A stretch of 64,000 nt of DNA, from NCBI GenBank assembly GCA_002269645.1, contig NIVC01003091.1, forward strand, positions 55,860-119,859. The letters run 5' to 3'. The notes under the pieces were generated by a model. That model was not told the origin of the DNA, made no database searches, and saw only the letters and a program-made list of their open reading frames with translations. Position 1 is the stretch's first letter, and each line of letters opens with the position of its first letter. A program made the translations under genes and the position numbers. Shown piece after piece: positions 25,313-64,000 of this stretch. This stretch comes from Macrostomum lignano (taxonomy: Eukaryota).

Positions 25313-25473
25313 TTGACACCGCCTCGCCCTCCGCCTCGCCTGCTGCCTTGCCTGCTCCGTCTTTAACCTCGCCTCCAAACTCGCCTACAGCTTCATTCTT
25401 ATCCATCTCGCCTCATCCGTCATCGGCTATTGCCGCACCTGGTGGTACCATAGCGGCCGCCAAATCGCCTAAT

Positions 25474-25665
25474 CCGCCAGCCCAGCCGCCAGCTCAGCAG
25501 CCAGCCAAGCCGCCAGCCCAGCCGCCAGCCCAGCCGCCAGCCCAGGAGCCAGCCCAGCCGCCAGCCCAGCCGCCAGCCCAGCCGCCAGCTCAGCCGCCAG
25601 CCCAGCCGCCAGCCCAGCCGCCAGCTCAGCCGCCAGCCCAGCCGCCAGCTCAGCCGCCAGCCCAG
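25474..25665 (+). repeat. 12-bp tandem repeat CCGCCAGC(C/T)CAG x~16 (PPAQ)
   Basis: Directly visible between ORF1 and RT. Confidence 0.93.
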
Positions 25666-26021
25666 TCACCGGCCTCGACCTGGTCGCTTTCGCCATCAGC
25701 TTAAGAGCCTGTTCTAGCCAACGATCCGGATGCGGAGAGTTTCTCCGTTTTGGCTGGCGCCATGGATTCCTCATCGTCAAAAAGCCAGCCCAATCAGCCT
25801 CCGAAGTCAGCAATTACGAATCCCCTCTTTCTGAGGACACCTACCAGCTGGTTGAGTCCCAGATCAGAGAGGAACTTGAGACTCTGGCCGCTATGTGCGC
25901 GCATCAGAGCTGGGCATAGATGTCCCCGTCAAAGTCAGCCCGCTTGGAGCCATCAAGAAGAGCAACGGAGGAATCCACCTAATCCACATGCGCCTGTGCC
26001 TGCTACACAGAGCGTCAAAAA

Positions 26022-26750
26022 ATGCGGTTTGCAAGCGTCGATGACCTGACGCGGCGCCTGAAGCGCAACTGGTTCATGAGCAAAATTGACCTCAGCCAGG
26101 CATATCGTAGCGTGCGCATTCACCCGGACTGCTATCAGCTGACAGGCATCAAGTGGCACTTCGCGGGTGATCCGCATCCGACTTACTTGGTGGACACCAG
26201 ACTGCCGTTCGGTGCATCAGCGTCGGTCAACATTTTTCACCGTCTCACCCAGGCTGTTCGGCGCTACATCAGTTCGAAGCTGCGCGACCCGCACAAGCAG
26301 GTAGTCGTTGTCTAACTGCACGACTTCTACGTTGCTGCCGAGACCTTTGAGAGTTGCTTAGAAGCTCACAACTTGCTGTTGGACTTGCTTCCCTCGCTGG
26401 GATTCTGCATCAATTGGGAAAAGACCAGCCCACCTGCTACGTGCATCACGTTTCTGGGAGTGCAAATAGACAGCACATCCGATCTGCTGTCCCTGCCGCA
26501 GAGCAAGACCGATGAGCTGCGGATGTTGCTACGTGATTGCCAGAGCGCTAAGAGTTTGTCAAAGCTTCAGCTCCAAAAGCTGGTGGGCAAGATCGGCTGG
26601 TTTTGCAAGGTGGCTCGTCCCGCTCGAGTCTTTCTGCGAACTCTCATTGACGTCACCAATGCCAACAACGGGCGTCATCGTCGGATTCCCGTGGCGGGCG
26701 AGCTCCGTGCGCAGCTGGACTAGTGGCTGCAGGCGCTGCCCACTTTTCCA
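26022..26750 (+). pseudogene. DIRS-type reverse transcriptase, inactivated
   Basis: KIDLSQAYRSVRI and RLPFGASASVNIF motifs; catalytic YLDD appears as TAA-CTG-CAC-GAC (*LHD); TFLGVQIDS; LQKLVGKIGW; second stop at 26721-26723. Confidence 0.9.
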
Positions 26751-27459
26751 TGTGACCGGCTGTGGGTGCGGTGTGGGTGTGGGTGTATTTTGCTAAAGCT
26801 AGCCATATACGTATACGAGCGTATAATCACCGTTTAAAGTATTATTTAAGCTCAGAGCAGCTGAAGCGTACAAGGCCGGCCGGTCGAAAGATAAAAAAAA
26901 ATATGCTTTTCTATTTCTACGACCACGCAATTGCCTTCTTTGCTAACGTCGTACAGACTACTGCTTCGATTCAAGACTGATTATATAAAATCGCTATATA
27001 ATCAAAATCGAAATCGAAAGTTGATAGTCGCTAGGAGTAAAAATTAAGATTGAAATACGAGCGTATTAAATAAAGATAAGCTAGGTATCAAAAGCAATAA
27101 AAAGAAAAAAGTTTTTGGACGGCAACGAGGCCAAAATATTCGGAAAAACAGATGCACACAGAATAAAAACAAAGTTAGACGCACAGCAAACTCAGGGACA
27201 GAGCCAGAAGAAGTCTCATTCAAAAAACAACTGCATTTGTAGTTTACGATTCTCAGTACACTGTAGACACCAAAATCAGGACGAATTGACCGGCCATTTC
27301 CGATCCTCGGCCCCTAAAAATTAGGAGTAGCTATCTGTGTATCTACTTCTCGTCTAGTAACACAGTTTGTTTAGTCTTACGTCTGAATCGCAAATTTATC
27401 TTTCTAGGTACAATGTTTCTTATTTTTTTCAAGCTCTCAATTTTCTCGACACTTCTGGA

Positions 27460-62170
<34,711 letters not shown>

Positions 62171-62410
62171 TGAAGAACCGAGCAAGCAATGACAAATCGT
62201 TATGCATTGGAAACAGAAATGAAATTAGCTACTATTTTTCAACATGCTTTGAGTCTTTATGATGGATGGAATTTCGATGGATGGGTGGATGACGGATGGA
62301 CGAACTCCAGCTTTACTGTATCCATGTACTTTATCGATAAAAGAACGGTTATTTTAAAAACTAAAATTAATTAACTGCTTAAAACTAGCTACAAAACCAA
62401 TTACTCGTAA

Positions 62411-63656
62411 CAGTAGAAAGACCACGCTATTTTTCCCCATGGGGAAGACCACGGGATGTATTACAAATACACACGACCCATTTCACGATAGCTAGCTCGC
62501 AAACCGAATTACCGATTTTCATAAAAGTCTACCATATAATTCAATATTTTCCGCCATTTTCGACGAATTAACTTTCAAAGTCATGCGACGTCAGCATCGT
62601 CGAGATATTCAACGATTCTTGTCGAAGACACTGGTGGCAAGGACAACCAACACTACACTGTATAAACCTTTATGGTGAATCCATATTGGCTCAATAATCT
62701 GGGTCAATCTGTCGTAGAGGCCTTTGGTCTCAGCATCCCAGGCACCAGGGTTCCCTTCATCATCGTCTGGAGCATCGGCGGCGACCGTCGGGATCTTCAA
62801 CGGAGTGTCACCACGCGGCTCCGATGAGCTGACACCGCCAACATCGTGATTTTTCTATCAAGGCACCAAGCCAGGCATGTTTGCATATTATACAATGGTC
62901 CTCATCGTGTTCAGCATTCAGCTCTGTCTGGACGACCTTCGGGACCTTCAACGGAGCGCCACCACGCGGCCCTGACGAGCGGGCACTCCCAACATCGTGA
63001 TTTTTCTATCAAGGCACCAAACCAGGCATGTCTGCATATTTTACGATGGTCCTGCACCATGTTAAAATCACGATGTCGGGGGGTTTCAGCTCGTCGGGGC
63101 CGCGTGGTGACACTCCGTTGAAGGTCCCGAAGGTCGCCTGTATGTCTACAGGTCAGCCTAGAGGGTCGCCATCGTCCATTTCATTCACCGATTATGTCTA
63201 CTGACTGAATGTTGCATGCAGGATAGGATTCTTCCATTTCAGTTTTGGGAACGCAGCCGTCTCTGAGATGCCAATCGGGTGTTTTTGTTGAAGATACTGA
63301 CGGTCGCCGCCGATGCTCCAAACGATGATGAAGGGGACCCTGGTGCCTGGGATGCTGAGAGCAAAGTCCCTGCGACTGATATGTATAGTTTTTTGAGCCG
63401 ACGTGGTTTCGTGATGAGATTTTGTGAGCAGAAAAATTTTGCCAATATTGGTGGTTTTGCCACCAGACTCGTTGGAGAATCGTTGAATACCTCGACGATG
63501 CCGATTTTTCGTGATTTTTGAAGTTGCTTCATCGAATAGAGCAGAAAATTTTAGCCCGTGTTCTGGATTTTCATGGCAACTGGTTGAATATTTTTGGAGA
63601 TCCAGACAAAGGAAAAATATGTGTATTTGAAAAACACCCCAATGGTCTTTCTACTG
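62411..63656 (+). mobile_element. Non-autonomous copy (1246 bp) of the 18191 piggyBac, opposite orientation, no transposase
   Basis: TIR CAGTAGAAAGACC at both ends, flanked by GTAA and TTAA; both arms align by eye to the 18191-21141 element. Confidence 0.88.
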
Positions 63657-64000
63657 TTAACAACAGTAAGTAACAATCGAAGAACATGTACATAGACATA
63701 ACTTTCATTCAAATTAAGGTTTGGCTTATAGTTGCAAAAAATAACAGAAAACTCACTCTGCCTTCCCTGCATTTGATAGTATTTAATCATGTACGTCCTG
63801 CTTCTAGAACAGTCGTCGGGCGAACTCATGACAAAAGTGCAGCTGGATCCGCACTCCACATGTTTGCTACTCTGGCTCCAAGTTCAGCAGGCGAAGAGCT
63901 TGAAACATTCCAGACACGGTAGCGATATTATCCCTGCTTGTATAGTCACACGTGGACCCACTGCTCAGCTGGATCGCATGCCAGTCGTTGGTGATTCTGT

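Larger units (their letters stand above)
24026..26788 (+). mobile_element. DIRS-order (DIRS1/Ngaro-like) retrotransposon, 3'-truncated
   Basis: Leader, gag-like ORF1 with a C-terminal Zn finger, Pro-rich linker and DIRS-type RT; ends before RNase H and recombinase. Confidence 0.85.

Overview
Eukaryotic, intron-containing animal DNA. AT-rich intergenic sequence, GC-rich exons and mostly 60-100 nt introns suggest an invertebrate, possibly a Macrostomum-like flatworm (inference only). The left 27 kb holds an intronless acidic protein with an HMGN-like N-terminus (minus strand), a 4-exon MYCBP/AMY-1 gene and an intronless TRBP/PACT/Loqs-like dsRNA-binding gene with a 1-nt frameshift. It also holds hAT MITEs with 8-bp TSDs, an RTE-type LINE 3' fragment, a TTAA-flanked piggyBac with long internal inverted arms, a Tc1 deletion derivative and a DIRS-order gag/RT fragment. 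From 27.46 kb to at least 62.2 kb the minus strand carries what appears to be one giant polycystin-1-like (PKD1L/REJ) gene of roughly 6,000-7,000 codons by hand estimate. It encodes an array of F5/8C, fucolectin-like, C-type lectin, fibrinogen and EB modules, then PKD repeats, REJ, a non-canonical GPS, PLAT and the TM/channel region, with one in-frame TGA mid-exon. Its introns contain Helitron-like inserts (one with telomeric repeats and a duplicated splice acceptor), a DIRS RNase H/recombinase remnant, a 1.4-kb (ACTA)n tract and MITEs. A non-autonomous piggyBac copy lies just beyond 62.2 kb. No tRNA, rRNA or CRISPR array was seen. Exon boundaries were read by eye from GT-AG signals and reading-frame continuity.
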